From: Alphaproteobacteria bacterium
Lineage (GTDB): Bacteria; Pseudomonadota; Alphaproteobacteria; UBA7887
Assembly (NCBI GenBank): GCA_965216755.1
Contig: CBDCGL010000011.1
Coordinates: 992,001 to 1,056,000, forward strand
Direction: 5' to 3'
Length of the DNA: 64,000 nucleotides
Both the position numbers and the translations under genes were made by a program. The notes beneath the pieces were generated by a model that worked only from the letters and a program-made list of their open reading frames with translations, had not been told where the DNA came from and did no database searches. Of this stretch, positions 31,836 through 44,100 are shown piece after piece; within the stretch, counting starts at the first letter, position 1, and every line of letters starts with the position of its first letter.

Positions 31836-33154
31836 GGTGGACCGGACCGCGCCGCTGTCTTCAAGCGAATAGTTGGCTCACGATGGGCGAGCAGGCCGCT
31901 CGGTCGCCAGATCATGATCAGCACCATGGCACTGCCGAATACGAGAACGCGATATTCCGAGAATTCACGCAGGACCTCGGGCAGCAGGATGATGGCCGCC
32001 GCCGCCAAGACAACGCCGATTTGGCTCCCCATACCGCCCAACACAACAATCGCGAGAATGATCGCTGATTCAATAAATGTGAAGCTTTCAGGGCTGACGA
32101 ATCCCGACCGGCTAGCAAAAAACGAGCCAGCGAAGCCACCAAACATGGCGCCGAGCGCGAACGCGGACAGCTTGGTGTTGACTGGGTTGATGCCCAATGA
32201 CCGACAGGCAATTTCATCTTCCCGCAGGGCTTCCCAAGCACGACCCAAGGGCAGTTTTCGAATACTTTGAACGAATTGGTTCGTTATCAATGCAAGCATC
32301 AAGATGACGTAATAGAGAAAGATTATCCTGTGCATACCGGAATAGTCGATACCAAAGAATTCGTGAAAACTTGTTTGGCCTTCGGCGACGCGACGTTTGA
32401 ATTCCAGCCCGAACAAGGTCGGGCGCGGAATGCTCGCGATACCGTTGGGTCCGCCGGAAAAAGCGACCCAGTTTGTCAGAATCAAACGGATGATCTCACC
32501 AAATCCCAATGTGACGATAGCCAAGTAATCGCCGCGCAATCTGAGCACTGGATAGCCCAATAAGACGCCGAATGCCGCCGCGCATACACCGGCGATTGGT
32601 AAGCAAATCCAAAATGAAAACTCTAGCCCCGGCGTCGTACCCAACAAGGCAAAGCTGTACGCCCCGACCGCGTAAAAGGCGACATAGCCAAGGTCCAGCA
32701 GTCCGGCCAGGCCGACCACAATGTTCAGGCCCCAGCCGAGCATGACGTAGATCAGTACCAAAGTGGCAACGTCAACCAAATAGCGATCGGCAAATGGCAT
32801 GAGCGGAAACGCAATCGCGGCCAGCAACGCAGCGACAGCCAAAGGAACGCGTCGACGACGCAGAAATCCGCCGAGCGCGAATTGCGGCCCTTGGGCAGCC
32901 CCTGACGCCTTGCCTGCCGGCCACAATTTCCGCAGCCCAATCAACAGCAGTCGCCCAAAGAAAACGACGACAACCGCAATGACGAGCCAGTCAACTCGCG
33001 GCACGACTTCGAGCCCGTCGCGCGTGTCGATCGTGTGAATACCAATCAGCGGCAGCGCCAACATGAATGAGACGAAAGCCGCGAGACCGGCTTCCTTGAC
33101 AGCGGCAACCGTGCCGCCGGGTTCCCGCCGTGCCGCCGTGATGTCGACCATCAC
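31832..33154 (-). CDS. livM: Branched-chain amino acid ABC transporter permease
   Basis: [33 protein letters not shown]. Confidence 0.93.
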   Translation of the reverse strand: MMVDITAARREPGGTVAAVKEAGLAAFVSFMLALPLIGIHTIDTRDGLEVVPRVDWLVIAVVVVFFGRLLLIGLRKLWPAGKASGAAQGPQFALGGFLRRRRVPLAVAALLAAIAFPLMPFADRYLVDVATLVLIYVMLGWGLNIVVGLAGLLDLGYVAFYAVGAYSFALLGTTPGLEFSFWICLPIAGVCAAAFGVLLGYPVLRLRGDYLAIVTLGFGEIIRLILTNWVAFSGGPNGIASIPRPTLFGLEFKRRVAEGQTSFHEFFGIDYSGMHRIIFLYYVILMLALITNQFVQSIRKLPLGRAWEALREDEIACRSLGINPVNTKLSAFALGAMFGGFAGSFFASRSGFVSPESFTFIESAIILAIVVLGGMGSQIGVVLAAAAIILLPEVLREFSEYRVLVFGSAMVLIMIWRPSGLLAHREPTIRLKTAARSGPP

Positions 33155-34069
<915 letters not shown>

Positions 34070-34251
34070 GCGGTTTCGCGTCTCCCCCCCCCACGACTCG
34101 CCGAACGCCTAATTGGTCTAGCCGATCTAGCTTCTTGGCGAAAGGCCCTTATTTGCGGCTGAATGTTGGATCGCGCATGATGGCGCCAATAGAGTGTACA
34201 TTCACGTCGGAAAATGCTGGCGCACCGAAATCGAGACGAGGAGCACCCACA

Positions 34252-35049
34252 ATGGATTTGGATCTGACGGGAAAAAGTGCCTTGGTCACCGGATCAACGC
34301 GCGGTATCGGCCTGGCCACCGCAAAAGGACTTGCCGCAATGGGTGCCGAAGTGGTGCTCAACGGCCGCCGGCAAGGCGACGTCGACAGAGCGATCGACCA
34401 AATCAAGAGCGAATTCGGAAACGCTGTGCTTCGGGGAGTCGCGGCGGACCTTGGCAATGCGGCGGGATGCGCAACCGTCACCGAAGCCGTGCCGGACGCC
34501 GATATTCTTGTCAACAATATGGGTATCTACGAAGCGAAGGACTTTTTCGACACACCCGATGACGATTGGCAAAAGATGTTTGACGTGAATATCATGAGTG
34601 GCGTCCGTCTAACGCGCCACTACCTCAAACATATGATCGACCAAAAGGATTGGGGTCGCGTGGTTTTCATTTCGAGTGAATCCGGCGTTTTTATTCCCAA
34701 GGAGATGGTGCACTACGGCTTTTCAAAAGGCGCCCAGCTGACAATTGCGCGCGGCGCCGCGGAGTACACCAAGGGCACCAACATTACGGTCAACTCGGTC
34801 CTGCCCGGCCCAACCTGGGTGGAAATGCATCAAGAGCGTTTGTCGGCGCGGGCGGCCGCCCAAGGCATAACCCTGGACGAATACAAGACGCGCACGTTTA
34901 GCGAGCGGCGGCCTTCGTCACTCTTGCAAAGGTTCGCGACACCCGAAGAAGTCGCCAATATGGTCTGCTATGTGTGCTCCAGGGCATCAAGCGCAACCAA
35001 TGGAGCCGCACTCAGGGTCGAAGGCGGGATCGTTACAAACCCATTCTGA
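34252..35049 (+). CDS. SDR family oxidoreductase
   Basis: TGSTRGIG, HYGFSK, GAALRVEGG. Confidence 0.9.
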   Translation: MDLDLTGKSALVTGSTRGIGLATAKGLAAMGAEVVLNGRRQGDVDRAIDQIKSEFGNAVLRGVAADLGNAAGCATVTEAVPDADILVNNMGIYEAKDFFDTPDDDWQKMFDVNIMSGVRLTRHYLKHMIDQKDWGRVVFISSESGVFIPKEMVHYGFSKGAQLTIARGAAEYTKGTNITVNSVLPGPTWVEMHQERLSARAAAQGITLDEYKTRTFSERRPSSLLQRFATPEEVANMVCYVCSRASSATNGAALRVEGGIVTNPF

Positions 35050-35050
35050 A

Positions 35051-35159
35051 CTACGGTGGAATTGCGGTGACAGTTTACTAAATAGATCCCCGAGCCGTAC
35101 ATCGGATAGCTCGACATTGGTTCTATTTAATAAACTGTCACCGCAATTCGTCACCGTAG
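35051..35159. repeat. Long imperfect palindrome (REP/MITE-like)
   Basis: CTACGGTG-GAATTGCGGTGACAGTTTACTAAATAGA ... TCTATTTAATAAACTGTCACCGCAATTC-GT-CACCGTAG, with an inner CGAGC/GCTCG stem. Confidence 0.85.
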
Positions 35160-35181
35160 GTCCATAATTCATTGCGGCGCG

Positions 35182-36324
35182 TCAGAGGCCAAGTTGCTCA
35201 GACGCCATTCGCGTACCCTCAATACGTGCGCTGATTTTCTTGAAGGCGATGTCGCGGGCGATGTCTGGTGAACCATGCTTCGGCTTGACGTCAATGCTAA
35301 ACGGCGAGAAGCCGCAGTCATCCGTCGAACCGAGTCTCTCCTTCGGGATGTATTTCGACGCCAAGAGAAGGTCGTCGCAAACTTCTTGAGCGGTTTCGAC
35401 CCGTGGATTCTGCGGATTGATCACACCAATAAAGCAAACCTGAGGCACACCGTTGGCGTCCTCACGGCTATGTTCGCCGCACAACTTGTAAATCCGTTCT
35501 TTGTCGCTTTCGCTCGCCAGCTGGATCAGAAAGTAGCCGGCGTTCATTTTGAACATGCTCGGCAACAATTCCGCGTAGTCGACGTCGGCACTATGCGTTG
35601 AATCGCAATCGCCGCCTGGGCAGGTATGAATTCCGATATTCTTGCGTTCTTCCGCCGTGAAACGATCCAACACGCGATTATTCAGATCAATAAACCCGGG
35701 CAACATGCCACGGCCGGTCCACGGGTTGTTGGGATCATTGCGACATGCCAGCCGACCTTCGGTGAAGTCGATCGATACACGCGCGGCGCCGGCTGCAAAA
35801 CACTGACGGATGTCTTTCTCGCACTCATCGACCAGGTCACTTAAGAAATCTTTACGCGAATAGCCTTCAACCGCGCCGTCGAGCGGATATAGGAGTGCGA
35901 GCATTGACGGCGCAATCACCGCTTGCTTGAGCGGTTTAGTCGCCATTTTCATAGCCTTTTCGACATACTCAGAAGCATATGTCTTGTATTTGAAAGGGCC
36001 GTCCGTCAACCTGGGCAATTGGCGGTGATGCCCATCGGTGAAAATCGCGAAATACTGGCCGTCACCGGCGAGACCGTCCGCCAACCCCGTGCCAGCCAAG
36101 GTGTCGGTCAGCGGATAGGTCGCGAAACTTGATTCGCGCTGTTCTCCATCGCATATGATCGGCGATCCAGTCGCTTCCATGCGCGTGATCGAGTCGCGGC
36201 AGGCCTCATCCTGCGCCGCCTCTAGGTCGGCACGACTCACTTCGCCCTTGTCATAGGCCTCGTACATAGCTTGTAGTTTAGATGGCCGCGGCAAAGAGCC
36301 GACGGGTTCGGTCGGAATCGGCAT
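35182..36324 (-). CDS. Cobalamin-independent methionine synthase catalytic-domain family protein (core MetE-like)
   Basis: VGSLPRP, DGEQR, HTC and DDCGF zinc ligands; single barrel only. Confidence 0.8.
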   Translation of the reverse strand: MPIPTEPVGSLPRPSKLQAMYEAYDKGEVSRADLEAAQDEACRDSITRMEATGSPIICDGEQRESSFATYPLTDTLAGTGLADGLAGDGQYFAIFTDGHHRQLPRLTDGPFKYKTYASEYVEKAMKMATKPLKQAVIAPSMLALLYPLDGAVEGYSRKDFLSDLVDECEKDIRQCFAAGAARVSIDFTEGRLACRNDPNNPWTGRGMLPGFIDLNNRVLDRFTAEERKNIGIHTCPGGDCDSTHSADVDYAELLPSMFKMNAGYFLIQLASESDKERIYKLCGEHSREDANGVPQVCFIGVINPQNPRVETAQEVCDDLLLASKYIPKERLGSTDDCGFSPFSIDVKPKHGSPDIARDIAFKKISARIEGTRMASEQLGL

Positions 36325-36514
36325 TTTCAAAATCTCCCTAATCATTTTATCGGAACCGGCGGAAATCCTGTTCCATGGCAATGATCGTGACTCACGTTTT
36401 GGTGGGGTGCAACGTGCATAATGGTTGGGCACCAAATTTGTCGCAACATCGATCCGCGCCCCGAAGATAGAGGCGCCGCGTGTTGCCGAGATGTCGCGAG
36501 GAGATGTTCGCCGA

Positions 36515-36718
36515 CTACTGGTCTTTACGTTTGTTTAGAACGTATTGCAGTTTTCGCAAGGCTGTGCGCTCAAGCATGTCCTGGCTGGTTGCCGCGCTGC
36601 CAACGATCGAGACCTCGGTCAAAGTCGCCGGATCCACGGCAATGACTTTGACCGCCGTTCCAACCCGAACGAACTCGAACAAAACCTCTTGCGGCGAAAG
36701 ATCCGCCGGTTTGGTCAT
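36515..36718 (-). CDS. Small conserved protein (DUF6898-like)
   Basis: [30 protein letters not shown]; start overlaps the hemA stop. Confidence 0.7.
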   Translation of the reverse strand: MTKPADLSPQEVLFEFVRVGTAVKVIAVDPATLTEVSIVGSAATSQDMLERTALRKLQYVLNKRKDQ

Positions 36719-37929
36719 GCGGCGGCGGAATTCAAGCTCAATTGCGCCCACACCTTGCACAAGGCCGACACCAGGTGATCGACCATCTCGTCATCGTGCA
36801 AGGGTGTTGGTGTAAATCGCAGCCGCTCCGAGCCGCGCGGCACTGTCGGGTAGTTAATCGGCTGCACGTAGATGCCATGATCAAACAGGAGTGCGTCGCT
36901 AGCACGTTTGCAGCGCACGGCGTCGCCCACCATCACGGGAACGATATGGCTCGGCGTCTCCATCACGGGGAGGCCAACATCGGCCAGGCGCCGTTTGAGT
37001 GTGGCCGCGCGCTCTTGGTGGCGCAGGCGTTCGTGTTTGCTTGATTTCAAATGTTTGACCGCTGCCAAAGCACCGGCCGCAATCGCCGGCGGCATCGATG
37101 TCGTGAAAATGAAACCGGATGCAAATGACCGCACGAAATCAACCAGATTTGCGGACCCCGTGATGTAGCCACCCATAACACCAAAAGCTTTGGCAAGCGT
37201 GCCCTCGACAATGTCCAGCTGGTCCATCAGTCCATCGCGCTCCGCAACCCCGCCGCCACGGGGGCCGTACATGCCCACCGCATGAACTTCATCCAGATAT
37301 GTCATCGCGCCATATTGCTTTGCAACCGCGCAGATATCCGCGATCGGCGCAATATCGCCGTCCATCGAATACACAGACTCAAATGCGACAATTTTTGGCG
37401 CATCGCGATCCAGTTCCGCCAACAGGGTTTCCAAATGCGCAGGATCATTGTGGCGAAAAATCTTTTTCGGCGCGCGGCTATTCTTCATGCCGGCAATCAT
37501 GGATGCATGGTTGAGTGCGTCGGAAACGATCACACACCCCGGCAACATGGATGCCAGCGTGCTCAGTGTCGCATCATTCGAGATATATCCTGACGTAAAC
37601 AGCAACGCCGCTTCCTTGCCATGCAGATCGGCAAGCTCCCGCTCCAGCAAAACATGGTAGTGGGTGGTGCCGGAGATGTTCCGTGTGCCGCCCGACCCAG
37701 CGCCGGCCTCTTGAAGCGCCTTGGTCATCGCCGCCAACACGTCCGGGTGCTGCCCCATCCCAAGATAGTCGTTGCTGCACCACACCACGACCTCATGCTC
37801 GCCGCCTTCCCCAAAGAAGCGGGCACGCGGAAAACACCCGGCATGCCGTTTGATGTCCGTGAAGATGCGATAGCGCCCTTCCTGTCTCAGGTCGGCAAGG
37901 GTATCAGCGAAATACTGTTCGTAGTTCAT
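36715..37929 (-). CDS. hemA: 5-aminolevulinate synthase
   Basis: [47 protein letters not shown]. Confidence 0.97.
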   Translation of the reverse strand: MNYEQYFADTLADLRQEGRYRIFTDIKRHAGCFPRARFFGEGGEHEVVVWCSNDYLGMGQHPDVLAAMTKALQEAGAGSGGTRNISGTTHYHVLLERELADLHGKEAALLFTSGYISNDATLSTLASMLPGCVIVSDALNHASMIAGMKNSRAPKKIFRHNDPAHLETLLAELDRDAPKIVAFESVYSMDGDIAPIADICAVAKQYGAMTYLDEVHAVGMYGPRGGGVAERDGLMDQLDIVEGTLAKAFGVMGGYITGSANLVDFVRSFASGFIFTTSMPPAIAAGALAAVKHLKSSKHERLRHQERAATLKRRLADVGLPVMETPSHIVPVMVGDAVRCKRASDALLFDHGIYVQPINYPTVPRGSERLRFTPTPLHDDEMVDHLVSALCKVWAQLSLNSAAA

Positions 37930-38025
37930 TGCTAGCTACATTGCGTCAGGACTGATCAGCGACAAGTAATATTCGAACCTGCACTTTAGCCGGGACCGGG
38001 CCGGACGTGTATTTTCCTATGTTGT

Positions 38026-38044
38026 GTTGCGAATGCGTCTCATT
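38026..38044 (-). promoter_or_regulatory. Candidate Fur-family box upstream of hemA
   Basis: AATGAGACGCATTCGCAAC, a 19-bp imperfect dyad about 100 bp upstream of the hemA ATG. Confidence 0.45.
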
Positions 38045-38102
38045 ACCACTGGCAACTCGGGATTGAACGGTAGGCTAAGGCTTGGCCCGGTTCACCCGGG
38101 TC

Positions 38103-39227
38103 TCAGCGCAGGTAGCCGAGATCTGCCCAAACCTTATACTTGCTGCGGAACGCTTCGAAACTGTCGAGCACCAGCTTGAATGTCTCATCTTTGGCGGCCT
38201 CCTCGGCGGCAACCTCTTGCCAAGCGGCGCGCAACGTCTCGATGACCTCGGGCGACCATTTATGGAATTCGACGCCCTTCGCCTGCAGTTCCTCCATCGC
38301 GTCGGCTTGAGCCGCCTCGCCCAATGCCAAGCCTTCGCGGTAGTTGTCGCCGCACACGATTTCGACCATAGCTTGCTGGGAGTCGCTGAGCGCGTTCCAT
38401 TTGTCGACGTTGATCATCAGCTCGAAGATGCTGGACGGCTGATGCCAACCGGGAAAATAGTAATGCTTGGCAACTTGATAGAAGCCTTGATTGAGGTCGA
38501 TAATGGGCATTGAATATTCGGTGGCATCGATCGTCCCTAGCTCCAATGCCGGAAAGATGTCGCCGCCCGCCAGCAACTGTGTCGATACGCCAACCTTTTC
38601 CATGACACGCGCGCCAAGACCAAAGAACCGCATCTTCAAACCACGCAGATCTCCAATCGAGTCAATGGGTTCTCGAAACCAACCTGAGCCTTCCGGTGAA
38701 TGCACGCCGCAATGCAAGGCCTTGATGTTGTATGGCGCGTAGATTTGGTCGTAGAGCTCGTCACCACCGCCGTGATATAGCCACGCTGCGTACTCCATGG
38801 CGTCGGGACCAAAGGGCACTGCCGTAAAGAATTGCAGCGCCGGAATCTTGCCGGCCCAATATCCGGCCGTGGTGAAACCCGCGTCGATTGAGCCTGACGA
38901 AACCGCGTCGAAAATCTCCAACGCCGGCACCAAGGCACCCGGTTCGAAGAACTGGACCTGCATCGTGCCGCCGGATATCCGATCAAGGTTATCGACCAGC
39001 CGCATACCCAGCTCACCTTGAATAGGCCATTGACTGCCGAAGGCGCTGGCCATTTTCCAACGGACTTTTTCTCCGCTTGGTGCGGACGCCGCTTCGCTTG
39101 CCGTTTCCGAGCTGTCGGCCGCGACCGTCTGTGTCGCCGGTGTTTCCGGACCCAAAGCATACCTGCCGACCATTAGGCCGCCGACGGCCCCGATGATCAG
39201 CCCGACCAACCAACTCATACCCTTCAT
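38103..39227 (-). CDS. TRAP transporter substrate-binding protein (TakP/DctP type)
   Basis: VRWKMASAF, GYWAGK, GLKMRFFGLG, YYFPGWHQP. Confidence 0.9.
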   Translation of the reverse strand: MKGMSWLVGLIIGAVGGLMVGRYALGPETPATQTVAADSSETASEAASAPSGEKVRWKMASAFGSQWPIQGELGMRLVDNLDRISGGTMQVQFFEPGALVPALEIFDAVSSGSIDAGFTTAGYWAGKIPALQFFTAVPFGPDAMEYAAWLYHGGGDELYDQIYAPYNIKALHCGVHSPEGSGWFREPIDSIGDLRGLKMRFFGLGARVMEKVGVSTQLLAGGDIFPALELGTIDATEYSMPIIDLNQGFYQVAKHYYFPGWHQPSSIFELMINVDKWNALSDSQQAMVEIVCGDNYREGLALGEAAQADAMEELQAKGVEFHKWSPEVIETLRAAWQEVAAEEAAKDETFKLVLDSFEAFRSKYKVWADLGYLR

Positions 39228-39476
39228 TGGTTCCCCCAAAGTATCCCCATGAGACTGTTGCGCATGGGGCACCGCAATCTCAAGCGATTGGCTGGCCGCC
39301 GCTGCGCGATAGACATGCCATATTCTACCTGCGCACGCCGAGCGTAAAGCCATGAAAGTCCGTATCAGCGACGGGGCTGTTTGCAGGGGCGGCATCTTGT
39401 CGCGCGCCGACGCGTGGGTTATGACGCGTGTGGCGCGCAATCGGGTGCCAAAAGCCGAGCACGGGAGAACAATGTA

Positions 39477-40457
39477 ATGCGGGCAGCCTGGTTCGAAACG
39501 TACGGCCCGGCGGTGGACGTACTCAACGTCGGCACGCGCGACGATCCACAGCCGGGCCACGGCGAAGTGCTGGTGCGCGTGCACGCATCAGGTGTCAATC
39601 CATCGGACGTGAAGAAACGGGCCGGTCTTCAACCCGCTCTGGACGACGGCTGGGTCATCCCCCATAGCGACGGTGCGGGCGTGATTGAGGCCGTTGGTCG
39701 CGGTGTCCCAACCGCGCGAATTGGCGAACGGGTTTGGCTCTACCAAGCCCAATATCAGCGGCGATTCGGGACGGCGGCAAGCCATGTCGCATTGCCCAGC
39801 CATCGTGCCATACGGCTGCCGGCACAGGTCGATTTTGCAGTCGGTGCCTGCATGGGCATCCCCGCGATGACCGCGCACCGCTGTGTGCTCGCCGATGGAT
39901 CGGTGACAGGTCAGACTCTTATTATTACTGGAGCCGGCGGCCGCGTCGGCTACTACGCGGTGCAATGGGCGAAATGGGCGGGTGCCCGCGTGATCGCAAC
40001 GGCGAGCAATGAAACGTCCGCCGAGGATGCAGGTCTGGCCGGCGCCGACGTGGTTTTAGACTACCGTTCGGAGACCCTATCCGACCAGGTGCGCGAGCTC
40101 ACGTCCGGGCGCGGCGTCGACCGCATTGTTGATGTCGAGTTTGGCGCCAACCTTGGGACCTCGATCGAAGTGCTCCGTACAGGCGGCACAATTGCAACAT
40201 ACTCTTCAACCCAGGCGCCGGAACCAAAGCTGCCGTTCTATCCGATGATGTTCAAGGATATCAGCCTGCGGTTTGTGCTCGTTTACGCCATGCCCGAAAC
40301 GGCCAAACGTCAAGCGGCGGCGGACATCACCCGGTTCCTGGAAGACAGCAAGTTCACCCACCGGATAGCCGAGACGTTCACCCTGGACGATATAGCGCAA
40401 GCCCACGAAGCGGTAGAGCAAGGCCGCCGCGGCTGTGTCATTGTTGACACCGCTTGA
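39477..40457 (+). CDS. NADPH:quinone reductase (zeta-crystallin/MDR family)
   Basis: SGVNPSDVK, PHSDGAG, GIPAMTAH, GAGGRVG. Confidence 0.9.
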   Translation: MRAAWFETYGPAVDVLNVGTRDDPQPGHGEVLVRVHASGVNPSDVKKRAGLQPALDDGWVIPHSDGAGVIEAVGRGVPTARIGERVWLYQAQYQRRFGTAASHVALPSHRAIRLPAQVDFAVGACMGIPAMTAHRCVLADGSVTGQTLIITGAGGRVGYYAVQWAKWAGARVIATASNETSAEDAGLAGADVVLDYRSETLSDQVRELTSGRGVDRIVDVEFGANLGTSIEVLRTGGTIATYSSTQAPEPKLPFYPMMFKDISLRFVLVYAMPETAKRQAAADITRFLEDSKFTHRIAETFTLDDIAQAHEAVEQGRRGCVIVDTA

Positions 40458-40472
40458 CGGATTCTTGGCAGC

Positions 40473-41165
40473 ATGACCCGTGTTCTCTATGAACTCCACG
40501 CCCGGGATGACTACCGGTTCAGTCCGTTTTCCTGGCGGTCGATCATGGCGCTGTTGCACAAGGGGCTTGAGTTCGAGCGTGTGCCGATGAAGTTTACCGA
40601 TCGCACAATCATCGCCGGCAGCGGCCAAGACCGCGTACCGACACTAGAAGACGGCGACCGATGGGTTTCTGACTCTTGGGCAATAGCCTGCTATTTGGAA
40701 GACACCTACCCGTCAGAGCAGAGCTTGTTTGGCGGTCCGATTGGTCTTGGAACCGCGCGCTTCGTGAACAACTGGGTCGACCATACGCTGCACGGTTCTT
40801 TGCGCCGCGTGGTGGTGCCGTTTGCCTATGATCACGCCCACCCGGACGATCGCGACTGGCTGCGGCAATCACGCGAAGCGATGTTCGGCATGACACTTGA
40901 GGAATTGCGAAAGACTTTCAACGACAGCGTGGCGGTTTTCAAGAGATCTTTGAAACCCTTTCGAGAAACTTTGTCGCAGCAATCCTATTTGTGCGGAGAC
41001 GCCGCCGCATACGCTGACTACGTTCTTTTCGGTTCGTTTATGTGGGCACGTACGGTATGTCCGCGCCCCATACTCGACGTGGACGATCCAATACGCGCGT
41101 GGCGAGATCGATTGCTCGATCTTTATGGCGGATACGCCCGCAAAGCGCCTGGCTATGATGTTTAA
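40473..41165 (+). CDS. Glutathione S-transferase family protein (LigE/beta-etherase-like)
   Basis: FSPFSWR, VPTLEDG..VSDSWAIACYLE, YADY. Confidence 0.85.
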   Translation: MTRVLYELHARDDYRFSPFSWRSIMALLHKGLEFERVPMKFTDRTIIAGSGQDRVPTLEDGDRWVSDSWAIACYLEDTYPSEQSLFGGPIGLGTARFVNNWVDHTLHGSLRRVVVPFAYDHAHPDDRDWLRQSREAMFGMTLEELRKTFNDSVAVFKRSLKPFRETLSQQSYLCGDAAAYADYVLFGSFMWARTVCPRPILDVDDPIRAWRDRLLDLYGGYARKAPGYDV

Positions 41166-44100
41166 AGAACCAGATCGGCGCTCGCGGCAAGCGCGTCTTC
41201 TTGGCCAACCAGACCACTAACGCCCTGAAGCACTGCGACTTGCGTGAACGCGCCGACGCCATCGCTGTTCACCAACACATTGGTGTTGCCGGTGCCGTCA
41301 TCCTGGAACTGCACGAAATTCGAGGCGTTGTTCGGGTTGCCGTCGTAACCCGTGATGATCTCACTCAAATCCAGCACATCCGCACCAATCGCAAAGTCCG
41401 TAATCGTGTCAACCGCGTCGGCGGAATCGATGGCGAAGCGATCGTTACCATGACCGCCCGTCAATTGGTCGGCCCCCTGTCCGCCACGTAATGTGTCTGC
41501 ATCGCGGCCGCCAGACAAAATGTCATCACCATCGCCACCGCTGAGGAAATCGAGACCACGGTTGCCAAGCATGACGTCGTCGTTGGCCGTCCCAACCACC
41601 GTGTCATTGCCCGCACCAGCGTCGATCCGTTCGATGTTCAACAACTGCGGCGCATCGGCCGCGCTGAAGTCCAGCGTATCGGCGCCGTTGGTGCCCAAAA
41701 CCGTGTCAAAGCCACCCAGGCCGTCGATCACTTCTATGCTGTTCAGATTGCCGAGATCGTCGGTAACCCGGAAATAGTCGGTGCCGTTGCGGCCTTGGAT
41801 CGTGTCCGTACCGGCACCGCCGTCAAACGTATCCCAACCTTCACCGCCACCAAATATTAGGAATGTGTCGTCGCCGTCACCGCCGCTCAGATCGTCGTTG
41901 CCGCGGTTGCCGCGAATGACGTCGTCGTTGGCCGTCCCAACCACCGTGTCATTGCCCGCACCGGCGTCGATCCGTTCGATGTTCAACAACTGCGGCGCAT
42001 CGGCCGCGCTGAAGTCCAGCGTATCGGCGCCGTTGGTGCCCAAAACCGTGTCAAAGCCACCCAGGCCGTCGATCACTTCTATGCTGTTCAGATTGCCGAG
42101 ATCGTCGGTAACCCGGAAATAGTCGGTGCCGTTGCGGCCTTGGATCGTGTCCGTGCCGGCACCGCCGTCAAACGTATCCCAACCTTCACCGCCACCAAAT
42201 ATTAGGAATGTGTCGTCGCCGTCGCCGCCGCTCAGATCGTCGTTGCCGCGGTTGCCGCGAATGACGTCGTCGTTGGCCGTCCCAACCACTGTGTCATTGC
42301 CCGCACCGGCGTCGATCCGTTCGATGTTCAACAACTGCGGCGCATCGGCCGCGCTGAAGTCCAGCGTATCGGCGCCGTTGGTGCCCAAGACCGTGTCGAA
42401 GCCACCCAGGCCGTCGATCACTTCTATGCTGTTCAGATTGCCGAGATCGTCGGTAACCCGGAAATAGTCGGTGCCGTTGCGGCCTTGGATCGTGTCCGTG
42501 CCGGCACCGCCGTCAAACGTATCCCAACCTTCACCGCCACCAAATATTAGGAATGTGTCGTCGCCGTCGCCGCCGCTCAGATCGTCGTTGCCGCGGTTGC
42601 CGCGAATGACGTCGTCGTTGGCCGTCCCAACCACCGTGTCATTGCCCCGACCGGCATCGATCCGTTCGATGTTCAACAACTGCGGTGCATCGGCGGCGCT
42701 GAAGTCCAGCGTATCGGCGCCGTTGGTGCCCAAGACCGTGTCGAAGCCACCCAGGCCGTCGATCACTTCAATACTGTTCAGATTGCCGAGATCGTCGGTA
42801 ACCCGGAAATAGTCGGTGCCGTTGCGGCCTTGGATCGTGTCCGTGCCGGCACCGCCGTCAAACGTATCCCAACCTTCACCGCCACCAAATATTAGGAATG
42901 TGTCGTCGCCGTCGCCGCCGCTCAGATCGTCGTTGCCGCGGTTGCCGCGAATGATGTCGTCGTTGGCCGTCCCAACCACCGTGTCATTGCCCGCACCGGC
43001 GTCGATCCGTTCGATGTTCAACAACTGCGGCGCATCGGCCGCGCTGAAGTCCAGCGTATCGGCGCCGTTGGTGCCCAAGACCGTGTCGAAGCCACCCAGG
43101 CCGTCGATCACTTCAATACTGTTCAGATTGCCGAGATCGTCGGTAACCCGGAAATAGTCGGTGCCGTTGCGGCCTTGGATCGTGTCCGTACCGGCGCCGC
43201 CGTCAAACGTATCCCAACCTTCACCGCCACCAAATATTAGGAATGTGTCGTCGCCGTCGCCGCCGCTCAGATCGTCGTTGCCGCGGTTGCCGCGAATGAC
43301 GTCGTCGTTGGCCGTCCCAACCACTGTGTCATTGCCCGCACCGGCGTCGATCCGTTCGATGTTCAATAACTGCGGTGCATCTGCGGCGCTGAAGTCCAGC
43401 GTATCGGCGCCGTTGGTGCCCAACACCATGTCGAAGCCACCCAGGCCGTCGATCACTTCGATGCTGTTCAGATTGCCGAGATCGTCGGTAACCCGGAAAT
43501 AGTCGGTGCCGTTGCGGCCTTGGATCGCATCATTACCGGCGCCGCCGCGAAACGTATCCACGCCGTGGCCACCGCCAAAGACGAGAAAGGTATCGTCGCC
43601 ATCGCCGCCATCCATATCGTCATTGCCTCGCCGACCATAGAACGTGTCGTCGTTAGCCGTGCCGACCAAATTGTCCGCGCGGTTAGTGCCGCGTACAACG
43701 ATCCCGGGATTGATCGGCCCGACATCTATGTCGAACATCGTCGTTGCGCCTGCTCCATGGCTATCAACCGCGCGAACGGCAACGGTGACAGGGCCAACGT
43801 CACCAGCGCGAGGCATGCCGGAAAACGTTCCTGTCGCCGAGTCGAAATTCAACCAGCCCGGAAGCGGGCTCCCATCCGGCAAGTTGGCTTGGTAGCTCAG
43901 GGTGTCGCCCGCCGTTAGATCGGCGTCACCGAACGCGTTATCCGGCATGCGGAAAAAGAACGAGCGCCCTTCCTTGCCGGACTGGTCGGCGAGGCCTTGA
44001 TCCACAAACGGTGCGTTATTCGTTGGTCCAGCAAAGGTACCTGCTGCGTCGCTCTCAGACGCTGCAAAGAATGCCGGGGCGGCCGATGTGGGGATGCTGC

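Noticed and set aside
37952-37965. FNR/FixK-like site before hemA (TTGTC-N4-ATCAG on the minus strand)
   Set aside because: Three mismatches to TTGAT-N4-ATCAA and very close to the start codon
41560-43650. Regular repeats as a possible CRISPR array or repeated small genes on the + strand
   Set aside because: The period is 345 bp with no unique spacers; these are in-frame coding repeats of the minus-strand RTX gene, and the 113-aa + strand ORFs are shadows
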